From Sphagnum compactum (lineage: Eukaryota): 64,000 nucleotides of DNA. The stretch is taken from assembly GCA_965153455.1 (NCBI GenBank), contig OZ234493.1, forward strand, positions 14,622,213 through 14,686,212, written 5' to 3'. Position 1 is the stretch's first letter; each line of letters starts with the position of its first letter. The notes under the pieces are model-generated. The model did not search any database. It saw only the letters and a list, made by a program, of their open reading frames with translations, and was not told where the DNA came from. Made by a program: the position numbers and the translations under genes. Of the stretch, positions 14,706 through 27,830 are shown piece after piece.

Positions 14706-15806
14706 ATGGCGTACACGAGTAGGCCGCCACCGCCTCCAGGGTTGATGGGGGACAATCTGACCATCATGACAAGTATGCCTCTCCAAGAGCCTCAGGAAGT
14801 GGGGTTAGATGATGTTGCACTGGCCCCAGGACAGAGCCGCAAGAAAGATGATCGCATCCCGCAATGGGGATACCATGAAACCAAGGAGTTCATTGCCATC
14901 AGGGCAGAACTCGAGAAGGACTTCACACAGACTAAGCGCAACAAGACTCTGTGGGAGCTCATTGCTGGGAAGATGAAGGAGAAGGGGTTCCGTCGCAGTG
15001 CTGAGCAATGCAAATGCAAGTGGAAGAATCTGGTCAATCGCTACAAGGTAACTATTTCTCTGTCCTGTCTGGTGGGTCCTATGATATGGGTGGTTTTTTT
15101 TAATGTGTTTGTGTATTTATTGAATGGACTATCTCTGGGAGCACTGCAAGAGTTTTTCTGGTCCACTTGAGCAGAAACACCTGCAGCGCATGACAAGTAT
15201 GCCTCTCCAAGCAGATGGTTTTTTTTGAGTGAGTGGAATGTCCATTTGCAGGGAAAAGAGACATCTGAACCTGACAATGGCAGACAATGCCCTTTCTTTG
15301 AAGAGCTTGATGGAATTTTCAAGGAGCGAGCCAAGAACATGGACAGGCTGATGCTTGAGTCAGAAACAGGCTTCAGGAAGAGAGCAAAGCAAGGGAAGTT
15401 CTCAGATGAGGATAATGATGAGGAGTACAATGATGAGGAGGATAGTGAAGATGAGCGTGCTGTGAGGAGGAAAAAGCGGAAATCGGACAAGGAGAAGCAG
15501 AGGCAGACTGCAGACAGGTGCCGAGCCAGTAGCATGAAAGAGGTATTAGATGACTTCTTTCAGCATCAACAAAAGATTCAGGAGCAATGGCGCTATGCTG
15601 CTCAAAAGAGGCAACAGGAACGATTATTCAGAGAGCTAGAATGGAAAGAATCAATGGAAAAGCTTGAACAACAGCGCAGGGCACAGGAACATGCTTGGAG
15701 GGAACATGAAGAAATGAGACGGGTCAGAGAGGAAGCCCGGGCAGAGAAGAGAGATGCCCTCTTTGCAGCTTTGATCAACAAATTCTTTCAAGAGAATGGT
15801 TCATAG
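14706..15806 (+). CDS. Trihelix transcription factor, GT-1 clade (GT-3a/GT-3b-like), ~298 aa
   Basis: join(14706..15047,15252..15806) with a phase-0 GT-AG intron. Myb/SANT-like trihelix domain WGYHETKEFIAIRAE..KRNKTLWELIAGKMKEKGFRRSAEQCKCKWKNLVNRYKG..CPFFEEL, then an acidic stretch, basic NLS RRKKRK and a C-terminal coiled coil. Confidence 0.93.
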
Positions 15807-17250
15807 TTCAATCTATCTGTAGTCAGGGTTTACAGTGTCTTGTAGGTTTTACTGCATTCTCTGGTGCTGGAGGTGTGGAGGAATCCTTTCATTGTTAGCA
15901 GAAACTGAACTGGCAAAGATCCAGGCAACATCTTGTCACATAATGAGGTAATCCACGCATAGGTTGTATATATTAGTTTGGTGGAGATCTCGTACAACTG
16001 TACGAATATCATGCCCTTGACTGAAGATAGTGATGCCTTGTGCTTGGAGAATATCCGTTGGGATTCAAAACATGAGTCCTGATGACTTTGTAAAGCAAGT
16101 GAATTTCATTTCCAGTACTGATCTTCATGCTCTTTTACGTGTTTGCTGACCTGATACAGGATTCAAGGTCTTTAACCCATCCATTGTATTTTGTACTTAC
16201 TGTATGCCATTGAGGTGAGGTAAAGGCCGTCTAAGATTGTCACAATCCTACAGGGGAAATTCCTCAGTGGACAACAATTTTGAAGATTCTGTCTTTTTTC
16301 TTTTCTTCAATTGGCAGTCACAAGGCTATGACATTACTCGTTTCTTGTTGTGTCTGTTTTGGTTTGGCTGGGTCTGACATAATTTAATGGTTACCTTCAA
16401 AGTGCTATTGAGTGGTTTTTTCTGCAGTCTCTTAGACGTATTTATTTTCTTCAAGTGTCTTTTTCCATTAGGCTTGTGGTGGGAATAGCAACTATTGGAT
16501 GACTTCTGGAGGTTGTGCATGGATTAGTAATGTGCAGTGTCTCATGAAAGATGAATTGAGGATGACTAGCCAGAATTGATGTCTTTAATTTATTCCTCTG
16601 CTGAAATTTTCTGTATGATAAATGTAGCTGCCACTGGAAGTGAGTGATCATTGCCAGTTCTGTGTTGGAATCCTACCTCTGGTGAAATGTGCTCTTGCAG
16701 GTGGTTCTGCAGGTGTTGTGTTTAGAATTATGTTGCTTTGACACACCGTTGACCTGTTGATGAGAAATGTGAGCAGGATCTTAGATGGTATAATTTCAGC
16801 AGGTTCTTCACAAAAAGGGAGAAGTTGTGAACAGGGCTGAGGTTCAAGGGCAAAAATCTCTGTCTTTTCTTATTTAGGTTTTCTGCACTGGTAACTGTGG
16901 ACCTTGCTGAAAGGATCACCATAATACTCTATTACCATTTACTGGACAACTAATCCACATTGCAAACTTCAACTACTGAAACATTGGACACACCGAAGCC
17001 CTTGACTGGGTGGATGATTTTGTCAGTGAGCTGCAAGAACGTACTGGAAGGAGCATGAAGTGAAGTAGATCTGCAGAAGACTTCTTGCTTTTTGCATTGA
17101 TTTGATACCTTGAATTTTTTCACTTCTTAAGTACTCAGTTGTCATGTCCATATGCAACCAAGCTTGCCATGGAATCCAAATTTGGTCTCAGCTATTTTGG
17201 TGGATGGCAGCATCTAAATTATGATGAGTTCACATGATAAAAATGCTTTG

Positions 17251-20200
17251 TCATCCAATGTACATTTTTTCAGGTGTTGATGTTGGCTCTTCTTTTGTTA
17301 CAGGGCCAAAGTCAAGAGGAACAGACATCTCAGTGATGAACTCTTCAGTTTTTATGAACAATCTAGAAATAGCCATCTCCATCGACTCATCTGCAACATC
17401 TACATCCTCATCAACCCCGTGCACCACTTCTGGATCCCAGTTGGTGCATCCTGTTGATCCCAAACCTTTGTTTCAGTATAAATCATGAGCAACCTAGAGG
17501 CCTAGTTTGTCCCTCATTGAAATTCCCAGGACTCAATATGATCAAGCTCTAATCCATTGATTTAAAGCATTTTACTGATTTCACTGGAACACAAGAAAAT
17601 TCATGAAGTTAGATTGAATCCATGGTAATTAGAAAATGGGTTAGCAATCCATATACCAGCTTCTTTGAAAACTTGAAAAATTTGGCGCTTAAGAGCTCGA
17701 ATGATATCAAGGAAGTCATTTTTGACATCTTCAAAGTTGTCCTCATCCAAAAACCTCCCCAACTTGTATCGCATGGCATCCTCTATTTGCTGTACATTTA
17801 TTAGTAGCAAGAATGCACTTTCAGTCCCCAAGGATTTGGTCCAGAATCCATGTATAGTTTCAGTAATTTGAGACCAACAATGTTTATCAGAACATGAGAG
17901 ATGCATGAGATGTGGGCACTGCTGTAGAGCTCAAAATGTGACCTATTTCAATGTAAGTAAATGTGTCCTTATGTGAACTTATACTCTAGTGCTCTTTACA
18001 TACATATCTCAAAGAAGATCATAGATGATGTCAAGGTGTTTTTCTCCCAAATCATTATTCATTGCTGCATTGAATGTACAAGCTGTGGAGAAATGTGTAG
18101 ATTTTGTGTCAAGAGGACTGAGGAGAAGAGATTTACAGCATTAAGGTCTTGGACGTCACGGACAAGTTGAGCATGATACTCTCGTGCATGAACCAATGCA
18201 GGCAAAACCTCATCCACCATCTCTTGTTCCAAATCCAGATTGTTCTGAGTGAGGGTGAAAGCCTTAACCTCGATTAGTCTCTCATATTTTTTTGTGTGCG
18301 GTTTTGAAATGAATTTCTCCCTGGCCTCTGTGCCTTCAATCACAAACATCTTCTTCAAATCCATGTCCTGCAGTAAATACAATCATGTCACACCATGGGC
18401 ATCCACATCACTGATCTGATGTTACTGATCTTATACAAGAAACACCCTTCCTTAGTACATACAATCTTATGACAAGTTTGACAAGAGAGACAATCTTGAC
18501 TTTTGGACATGGGTATTTTCTACATCCCTTGACCTTCACATTCTCAACTTTTTGATGGACAGTTTGTACATCGCCTGACATTCAAATTTTTGTCTTTTGA
18601 TGGGCATTTTTCTACATCCCATGAACTTCACATTCAAGAGGATATGTAATGCAATGTGGGGAAGCTTACATTGGTGAGTGGGAGCGTAGGACGTTTCTGT
18701 TTCATTCTATTCTCACGTTCCTTATCACTTGCAAGAGCAGTTTCAGCAAGTGGTCGTCCGTCCATGTCTTTCCATGTCCCATATGTACGCCAATTCTCAT
18801 ATGCATCTCCTTCCTCCATCATTGTCAATATCTCTGATGCACCCAGCCCCAACTAACAGAGAAAGTCAAGTACACATCTCTCAAGGATTGCTTTCATTGA
18901 ATACCTTTCACCAAATGCAACCCGAGTATATGGGATGTGCCTACATCAACACAAATTAGCAAGCTCCTTGATCCATTGACAGGTGTGGTTTTTTTTCTTT
19001 ATCATGTTTTCTATCATATTTGAACATGAATTCAATAGTTTGTCAATTGATAGGAAGTGTTGGAAAAATTGATCAAAGAAGGGAACTTTTGGAGGAGAAG
19101 AACCTGAAATCAGCTTCTGATAATCATGTCGCTCTTCAAACAATTCGTAGCTCCCATCGATGATTTTTTGTATCTCCTCCCCTTTTTCTAGGAGTTCAAT
19201 TTCCATCTTATTGTGAAGCTCCTCAAACAAAGCATGCTCAACTCGCAAGGACTGCATCTCATCTTGCATCTTTTTGTTGTGCCATTGAATAGTAGTAAGG
19301 TCTACCATTCCCTGCAATTTTGCAGACCCACTTTGAAGAATCAAAGAAACTGTACCACAGGCCAGAAAGAAAGGTCACAGATCATCTCAACTTTGTATAA
19401 CAGAGCTAGCTACATAGTGGTTTTTGAAAAATATCTCCCTTTGAGAAGATGATGATGATTACCTTGTGCACTCGGTTTTCGAGGATGTGAATGTGGATTT
19501 GAGTAGCACGGTTGTGCTCACTTGCTGCATGAACACCACCCATAGCTTTTTTGGAGCTATATTCATCAGCATACAATGTTGCAATTGCGCGCTCTAGCTC
19601 CTCCACCCTTTTGTTTTCTGCATCAATTTTATCTATCCACATTGCACACTCAGCATTCAATCTCTTCATCTCCTCAGCATAGTCCTGTTTCCCCACACCC
19701 ACAACAGAATTCTTGAACAAGGTAAAAGTATTCTGATGCTTTAAAACCCTTATTCTGATGAATTTGCAGGGATGTTCTTCCAGCTCTTTAGTTAGATGTG
19801 AGAGGTGATGGATGGTCCTACAATCATCAACCAAGGCCGGTAATAGAACAATGAGGCAGATCTTTCTCCAAAGTGTCATGGAGGAGGTTCATCTAGATGA
19901 TTTTTGCAGAAGAAGGGAGACTATATTGTTTCTATGAACCTCAGGGTAGAAAAGATCAATCTTGTCTTGGGTCATCATATTGTCCAGCTGAAGTGTTTCC
20001 AACATCACTTTCTGTCGTCGTAACACAAGTTCACTTTCTTCATGAAAGTGCCGCTGACTAGCTTCCATCTTGCGGAAAGTATGGTGCAGTGTTTCCAACT
20101 GAAATTCCAAAAAAAACCCCAAGCATTCAAACCCAAGTCAGAATCATGCAAATCTGTTCATTCTGACTTGTGTTACTTACAAATCACTTGATTTCATCAG

Positions 20201-20991
20201 GAAAAAAATAAAATTTCCTTTTTGCTCTTTTGAATAAAGCCTGATTTTAATCAAAGAACTCTTGTTACAAATTTATTTCAAATTTTCCAGTTGCATTGAT
20301 TTCTTCAAAAGTAGTAGTAGTAGTCCAAGTTTTTCTTTGCAGAGCATAACCTCATCCACTATAGAAAGCTTGTCCATTCCCACTGGAATCAAGGGACCCC
20401 ATTGAACAGGAATTGGCTTTGGTGGTGGAGGCTTGGGCAAGGGCTCAAAGTGTTTTGTTTCTGGGACAACACTGATGGCCCTGCACCACTGCACACACTC
20501 AAGTTCCCACTGAGATGTAAGCAAAATTGAATACCTAAAATGTGCCTGCCGCAGCACATTGAGGTTCTTTTGTCCTGGATAAAATACTAGTGAAATAAAA
20601 AACCCATTGTTATCAGGCAAATCCTTTAGACAATTTGCAGCTCTGTAAACCTTTTTTTTGTGGCTATGAAGAAACCACACCTCTGAATTGAGCTCAATGA
20701 CAACTGCGACCATTTTTTCCATTGAAATTTTTGTTGACAAGAAAAATGTGCAACAGAACTGGAAAGGGTTTATAAAGAAAATGAATCCTAAATCCTAAAA
20801 CATCAGGCTGTAAAGCAAGGAAATCTTCTTGAACTTTTACACCAGAATTGCTGAGATTTTCACATAATCTCAAATTTTGAAAGTTCTCCAGATTAGTGTG
20901 GATGTATACATACATAGCTGATGACAGACAGATCTACCTAGTTGGGTTTTGTGTGGAGAAACCATACCCTGGTATTGAAAAACTTCCTCAT
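17251..20991 (-). CDS. CCDC63/CCDC114 (ODAD1, Chlamydomonas ODA1/DC2-ODA5 family)-like coiled-coil axonemal protein, ~504 aa
   Basis: Predicted exons (minus): 20968-20991, 20351-20488, 19940-20098, 19463-19684, 19087-19311, 18670-18852, 18137-18367, 17657-17789, 17251-17450; all GT-AG and phase-consistent. The motif MGGVHAASEHNRATQIHIHILENRVHK..NKKMQDEMQSLRVEHALFEELHNKMEIEL resembles the family core (MGG..IKILENRLDK..N..LR..I..LR.E...F). The start exon and the 19087 donor are uncertain. Confidence 0.72.
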
Positions 20992-22008
20992 TGTAGTTTG
21001 CTCTCTTTCAGCTCAATCTTTGTCTTCCTGAAGTGATCAAGGTCTTCTTAAGCAGACAAGGTATATCAGAAGCTCATAGATTCGCAGTGTACTTTGTTGT
21101 GATCAGTTTCCTACCGAATAAAGCCATTTCCTGGACAACAAACACATGAGGAGACCCTACAACACATGAGATCATTTGCAGTTGTGGCAGAGTCTTTTGT
21201 TAAAAGATTGGGCTGAATTCCATCTCAGCAGTCAGTCCAGATTACAGAATGGCCAACCCAATGCCCACATCTCTCTCTCTCATACATAGATTCAACTTCC
21301 CTTCTGTTGTCAACAAAAAGGAACCAGATTGTGGAGACATCAAGTGTCTGAAATGGTAAGAAAACTCCATATATCAATTGAAGCTGTACAGTCTGAGTGC
21401 ATGGTAATTCGCCAATCAGAAACCAATTTCCAAATTTGTCAGCAAAATGTGTGCAACCCTAGATTTTTATTTTTGGGTTCTAGAGGAAAAGAAGGGTTTT
21501 CTGCTTGTCCAGGTTGTGCAGAGTGTTCATGAATTAAGAACCCAATGAGGAGGAACTCATGATGAATCCCAGAAGGCAAACAGGTGATTGATATCAGCAA
21601 AACAATGGCAGAAAACACTCTCTTCATTCCTGCCCAAAAACACACACACACACACACAAACACACAACTGTTCAGAGAATCATCCAGTTTGCAGTTCCTT
21701 CACTTAATTCCTTGGTGAAAGAGAAATGGGTCTGCTGATTCTGGAGGACATATATTATGGAAACATTGGCAGTTAGATTTGCAAAATGGAGGTGGTAAGT
21801 TTCATCAAGCAGACCCATGAGCCATCATAATCATCCATCCATCATCCATTTATTGACAGATGAAAATTTCTGCAGTTCCATTGATGAAATTCATGAATAT
21901 TTTGCATCATGAATATTATTAGTATACCCTATTTCTATTTGAAGCCATATTCTTAAGATAATAAATTTGGGTAATGGTTTTGGAAACCAATTTAGTTTCT
22001 CATTATGA

Positions 22009-22199
22009 TGGTGCATTCACACTTGAAGTTAAATCAACATTAAATGAAAAACTAGGTGGCATCCTAAGTGGCAATCAATGTTAAATGAATGCTAGTTTAA
22101 CATAAAATCTTCACGATAAGTAAGTTTAAGTCTTAAATGACTAGTATGGTGTTAAGGGACTCAACACTAGAGTCCCTAACACACCGTGTGAACGCACCT
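22009..22199. mobile_element. MITE, PIF/Harbinger (Tourist)-like, 191 bp
   Basis: TIRs TGGTGCATTCACAC / GTGTGAACGCACCT (12/14). 3-bp TSD TGA at 22006-22008 and 22200-22202. Internal hairpin AGGGACTC-aacacta-GAGTCCCT. Confidence 0.75.
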
Positions 22200-22504
22200 T
22201 GAGTGTAGCGAGTAATTGAAATTATAAAATTGAAAAAAAATTGTGTACCAATAAAGGTATTGAGTATATGCGTAATGGTAATAAAATGTGTCCAATAATT
22301 TCACATTAAGTTTTTATTATTTTCCAATTGGGATTATAAAGGGTCTCAATGTCTCTACCCTGAAGCACAGACCCAATAAAAAGAACTCACTCACATAAGA
22401 GATCCTTGTGATTAACCCTTAAATGGGCAGATGGACCAATTTGGTCCACTTTTCAGTGTTATTTTGTGTTTATTTGAGTCTTAAGGGTTAACATGTATGG
22501 AAAG

Positions 22505-22765
22505 CTGCCTTAATGATATTGTAACTAGGATAAAAGTGTTCAAGTGTAAGGTAAAGCATGAGGCCATGAGCTTTACTTGAATAAAGGCCCATGTGAGGTG
22601 GAGCCATGTATGCAAAGCCACCTTAATGATATTGTAACTAGGAAACAAGTGTAAGGTAAAGCCCAAGGCCATGGGCTTTACCAGAGTAAGGACTCAAATG
22701 AGGTGGAACCAAGTGTGGGCCGGATTCCAGTAAATTCCACGGCCCAGGGCTTTACCAAGCATAAA
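22505..22765. repeat. ~113-bp tandem repeat with a hairpin core
   Basis: CCTTAATGATATTGTAACTAGGA..AAGTGTAAGGTAAAGC occurs twice. Perfect 11-bp inverted repeat GGTAAAGCCCA/TGGGCTTTACC at 22655-22682. Confidence 0.75.
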
Positions 22766-23004
22766 GACTTATGCAAGGTTTTTTTTAAATAAGAAATTGC
22801 CCATGATACTAGTTAGGTTTAGGGTTTAGGGTTGCAGGGTGTTTCAAAAAATGGAACAAAATGCTTGTCATAGTAGACATTTCATCATATTGTATTTTCA
22901 AAATGTTCGATGTGGAAAAATTGTGTTGGGTAAGGTGCTCTCAGATTACAATGGGAAAATTGGTCTAGGTTTTTAGGTTTTGAGCAATAAAGTTGAGTTA
23001 TAAC

Positions 23005-26000
23005 CAGTGTTGGCTAGTTATAATATTTTAGACTAGTCCAAAGGATATGAATAGGTAAGGCATATTTTTTTTAAAGGTTAATAAATGTATATGCATTTGG
23101 ATAGTTCGAAAAATTCGTTGTAAAGACAATCATCACAAATTTTCATTCATTGTTGGTTATGTATTTGTTGGTTTTCAAATTCATGAATCTCTAGATATGC
23201 ATACAAGTTATATATAGAAAATTTCAAATGTTAGTTATGAAAAGATAGAGATATTCAAACATTTGAAATCAAGTAGCTTGTAATAGAATCAAACTCAGTT
23301 CTAAAAAAAACTCTACCTACTATAGCATAAACTACGTGAAAAAAATCAACAACCACATATACATAAAACCATCCCAACACCCCAATCCCACACACATAAA
23401 ATCCAAGAAGAAATCGATAGCTCTTAACAACTTTTATTCTTGTTGAACTCCATAAACTGGTCCGTAAATAGCCAACCCTATAACATCAAACTTGGATAGA
23501 AAAAATTAGGGTCAAGGTTAAATGGAAAAAGAAAAAATAGTAAAAATTAAAAACTAAGGTCTAGAGGTTTAGATGAATCACCTGATCCCAGTCAACTTGC
23601 AATTTTTCGAAGTATTCAACTTCTTAATCAATTGATTATTTTCCTCAATTAAAATAACTTTAGCCTTCATATAATCTTTTAGGTTTACATTTGGTGTACA
23701 ATTCAAACACAGATCATCAAAACCAATTTTTTACCATTATGTTAATTTGATCCAAATTTTCCACTTGTAAATAGTGTTTTAAAATTGTCAAAACTCTAAC
23801 CAAACTAAAGACTCTTTCTAATTCAATTTGAGATTAGGAATCTTAAAAAAATGTTTAGCAAGAAAGGTTACATTCAGAAATTGACCCTTGTGAGTCGAAC
23901 ACCAAGTTAGTGGATTTGTACACATAGATGAAAGGATAGATAGCCTTTGAAACAAAGACAATTCACTAGTAACCAATGCCCATGAAGATTCTTTCATGGA
24001 TGCCTCAATACCAAATGTGAGTTTTGTCATCTACACCCTCAAAAGTGGATTGAATAATTGCCTAGGCTTGCACAATAGGGTTTAATTGTTCAAAAATTAT
24101 CATTAGAAGGGGGATGTTTTTTTTCACATCCTATTTAGTTATGAAACATATTGCATTTTTGTGCCCCACATAGTTTTGAACAACCCACAAGGATTTGAAA
24201 TGGGGATTCAACATTAAAATTAACATATTGTGAACTTGACAACAATTAAATGATATAAAAAATTACAAAAATGGTCTTATCACCTTCATAACCTCCTATT
24301 GCACATTCTTTTTCAAGAACTGAAGTTCAACATCAAATTGATAAAATGTTTCACCCCTGTCAACAAAGGGATCCAACTCAAACCCTAATGCCACAATCAA
24401 GTTAATTATAGTATTTAAGGCATCAAATCACAACCAATGACCTTTGGATTGATTCATCACACATGCATTCACCATAAGATTCAAATAGGTAATGATAATT
24501 TGAACAATGACCCATGTTTGGGCTTTCAAGACTTATTATTGCAAAATTAATGTATTTTGCCTCCCAAAGCAAAAGAACTTGCTTAAATTCCAACATCTCT
24601 TTAAACATTATGACTTTGTTAACAACCTTGTTTTGATGGGAATTTTCAACTTTTAGTGTTGTTTTTCCACTTTCAATGCATGCTTTTTCCCACTCCTACC
24701 TCCCCTTCCCTTAACTATTTTCCATGTTGTGTTTTACAAATTAGCTTGAAGTTCTTTCACATTCACGAAAATTAGACCAATAAAAACCTTTTCATCATTT
24801 GTCGCATATTGGCACATTTTAGACATCACATGCCCAAATCAAATATCTTCATAAACTTGCAACAACTTTAAAGGCTCATAATCAATAATAGATTGCCATG
24901 TTACAGCCATAGATCCCAAGTTGATGCCTTCATCTTTCACAAAAGCAATCACATGATGGATTAGTTCAAAATTTTCCAACAATGTTTGGAGTTGCAAAGC
25001 CATGGTACTACTAGTTGTTTCATGCATTTCAAATAATCTCACAATAACATGCCTAGGGGTCCAACCTTCATCCAAATAATTAATGACCAACACCAATGTG
25101 TTTACACACCTCTAGACATTTAGAGATCAAAGCTAACAAATTGTGGTTGTAATTTCAAGGTCAGTGAACACATGCAAGTCCTTGATCTTTTGAACCATTT
25201 TAGGCAACATTTTTTCACATGAATTAAATGAGATGGAAAAGCAAAATGAGGACATTGGTGCATGCTGAATTTGTGTAATTAGATGTTTGTGCATGTGGAA
25301 AAAATCTTATATCTTTTGCAAATATAAAGTATGTAGGGTCTTCAAAAAACTTTTATTGTAGTTCATCACCATGTTTGTAAAGATTTGTGAAGCTAAAAAT
25401 TGTCATGATTACTAACCCAAATGTCCTAGCACTTTTCTTTTTCAATTGTCAACTATGATATAAGTCAACATGCTTAGCCATAGATTTTTCAATTAGTATC
25501 AACTTTATTTTTACAACCAAGCGAATGTGCAAAATCAACATGAGTTTTCATAGAAGTAACACCATTTGCCTTATTACATTTTATGAACCCTTTGTGAACA
25601 AAACTTTGGTTTAAAATGTTACCAACTATTTGTTGAGACTTGTAGATGATACATCTCAACATCTCTGTGTTCACAAGATCAACATACAAGTTGTTATTGA
25701 TGACAAATAACCCCTAACCAATTGAGTTCATATTGTGTGCTTTCCATTTTTGAGCTTGAGCTTCTATAATTATAAAATGCATTTCATTAGTTTTTAACAA
25801 GTCATTGTCACATTGCAAGTGGATGCTTTCTATATCCAAAGTGTTGGCAACCAAGTTCACATTCACATCACAAGCAAGTTTGTCATCAACGCCACCAAAA
25901 CTTTCAACAACAATAATGTCGTCTTTAACCATTGTAAAATCATACATAGTTGCAAAACTTAACTTTATGAAAACACAAAACATTGGTAGTTAACATTAAC

Positions 26001-26966
26001 AAATGAAATTGGACAAAAAAAGTTTGCAAACATCCAAACAATTGAAATTGGAAAAATAGTAAGTTAATGAAAAAAAACCTAATTTTGTGCCAAAAACATG
26101 ATGAGGGTGTTGAAAATGTGATAGTCTTCCTTGAATGCAACTTGTAATGTTCAAGCTCTACGATAAAAGGTTTTCAAAAAAAGAAAAATTGAACAAAATT
26201 TGTCATTCAAAATGTAACATCTCATAGAAGTTTGGTGCTTGTAGACATGTGTGATTAATGAACAAACCAACAATTAAAAAAAAAAACAATAAAACAAAAA
26301 GAAAGTGTAAGAATCAAGTGGTTGTTGTGTGTGAATAATGAACAAGCCAACATCTAGAAAAAGTAACAAAAAAAGTGCAAGAACCTTGTGATTGTCATGT
26401 GTGAGTACTAAATAAGCTAACAATTAGAAAACAATATCATAAAAAAAAATGAAGTGTAAGAACTTAGTCATGCTTGTCGAATGTTGCAAATTCCAGAGAG
26501 ACCTCAATGTTTTGAAGCCAACACACTTTAAAGCTCCTTACTAGCAACCTACAAGCTACCATGAATGTTAATGTTACCATTGCTTCTCTCATTGATGATT
26601 ACTTCACAAAACAACTAAAAAAATAACTCACATAACTAAAGACATCATTCACAAGAAAATGTGACAACAAGAGACACAACCAACAAACAAAGAATGGACA
26701 ATGAGAGAAAATTGTGAACTTTTCTATTCACCCTTAAACCCTTTTTGAGTAAAAGTCATATGTGAATTTCTTTCAACCTTGACGAGTGGATGCAGATGCA
26801 CTGCAATATCATTGCCATGAACAAATAATAATGCGATATGATTATCATAATGGAAGACATCCACCAATTGTGGGTAGGGACGATTAATGAAAATACAACA
26901 AACTCCAGATATGTCTTCATGATGCATATCTAACTAATATGCATGTTGATAACTGGCACAACACTA
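23005..26966 (-). mobile_element. Full-length but decayed hAT DNA transposon
   Basis: TIRs CAGTGTTG-GCTAGTTAT / ATAACTGGCACAACACTA. 8-bp flanks GTTATAAC (22997-23004) and TTTATAAC (26967-26974). An internal minus-strand transposase remnant is present. Confidence 0.85.
23700..25700 (-). pseudogene. hAT transposase pseudogene
   Basis: Fragments in the correct order with stops and frameshifts: BED-finger-like (LRCIIYK..NGVTSMKTHV), catalytic (LVINYLDEGWTPRHV..LFEMHETT..VIAFVKDEG), and C-terminal dimerisation-like (ELSLFQR..NPLTW..HKGQF.NV.FLAK). Confidence 0.82.
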
Positions 26967-27830
26967 TTTATAACCTTATAACTATGGTTGTTTCTTTGAA
27001 TTTTGTGATATTGAAAATCTAGCGAATTTCTTGCAAAAAATTAGCATAATTAGTTGAATTACGAATTGAAAATATTTTTCCAAAATTTTCCAAAATTTTT
27101 AAATGGAAAAAAAATTCAGAAAAAATCCTCTAGTTATCAGTTATAACGCATAACTTATAAGTAAAGAAAAAAAATTGGATAATATAATTCTCTGGAGTAT
27201 TAATTACAAACGGATTTTCTCGGCAGAGACGCATGCAGGCGGGAAGGAACCCACAATTTGGATTCGGGTTCGATCGTTTTAACACTCATCACTTCTTGTG
27301 AAGTTGCATGCTTGTGAGCCATGGATCATAGCTCAACAATTAGTTAAGCTTTAGTTCCGTAATTTTCCTTAGTACTAATGATTTGAATGCTTATAAGCCT
27401 CCAAGTAGTGATTATTAATAGTTGAATCAGCTTTTGTGATATTTCTAGGCATATAGTACTTCTTTATTTCAGTTAATGTAGCGCTTAATCAGTTAAGCAC
27501 CTAGTAAACCTTTTAAAATACATTATCCCTTTAATGTTGTAGAGAATGGAAAGGGGATGTAAAATTAGATGTGATTTATTGATATATAGGGAATACAAGC
27601 CCATAATTAACAATAGCATTTCGCCATGACAAGGTTAAGTTAGTCTATAGAAGAATCTTCAAGCACTAATGATGTACTTGTAAGATTTTTAGGATGTAGT
27701 CTTAATACATCTTTATTTAGTTTCACTTCTATCAAATTTTTAAATAGAATCAAATCAAACTTAAGTATTAACATTTCCGCCTGAGTAGCCTCAGGTGAAT
27801 TACAACTTTATAACCGACTTAAAGGATAGT

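Noticed and set aside
14792-15535. Antisense ORFs over the trihelix gene (similarly over PUR2 and the coiled-coil exons)
   Set aside because: These are shadow frames of real coding exons with Ser/Leu/Phe-rich, non-domain translations.
22812-22832. Telomeric repeat or chromosome-end signature
   Set aside because: Only 2-3 TTTAGGG units. Similar telobox-like motifs are scattered through the window (e.g. 13868, 35757, 39492, 44521).
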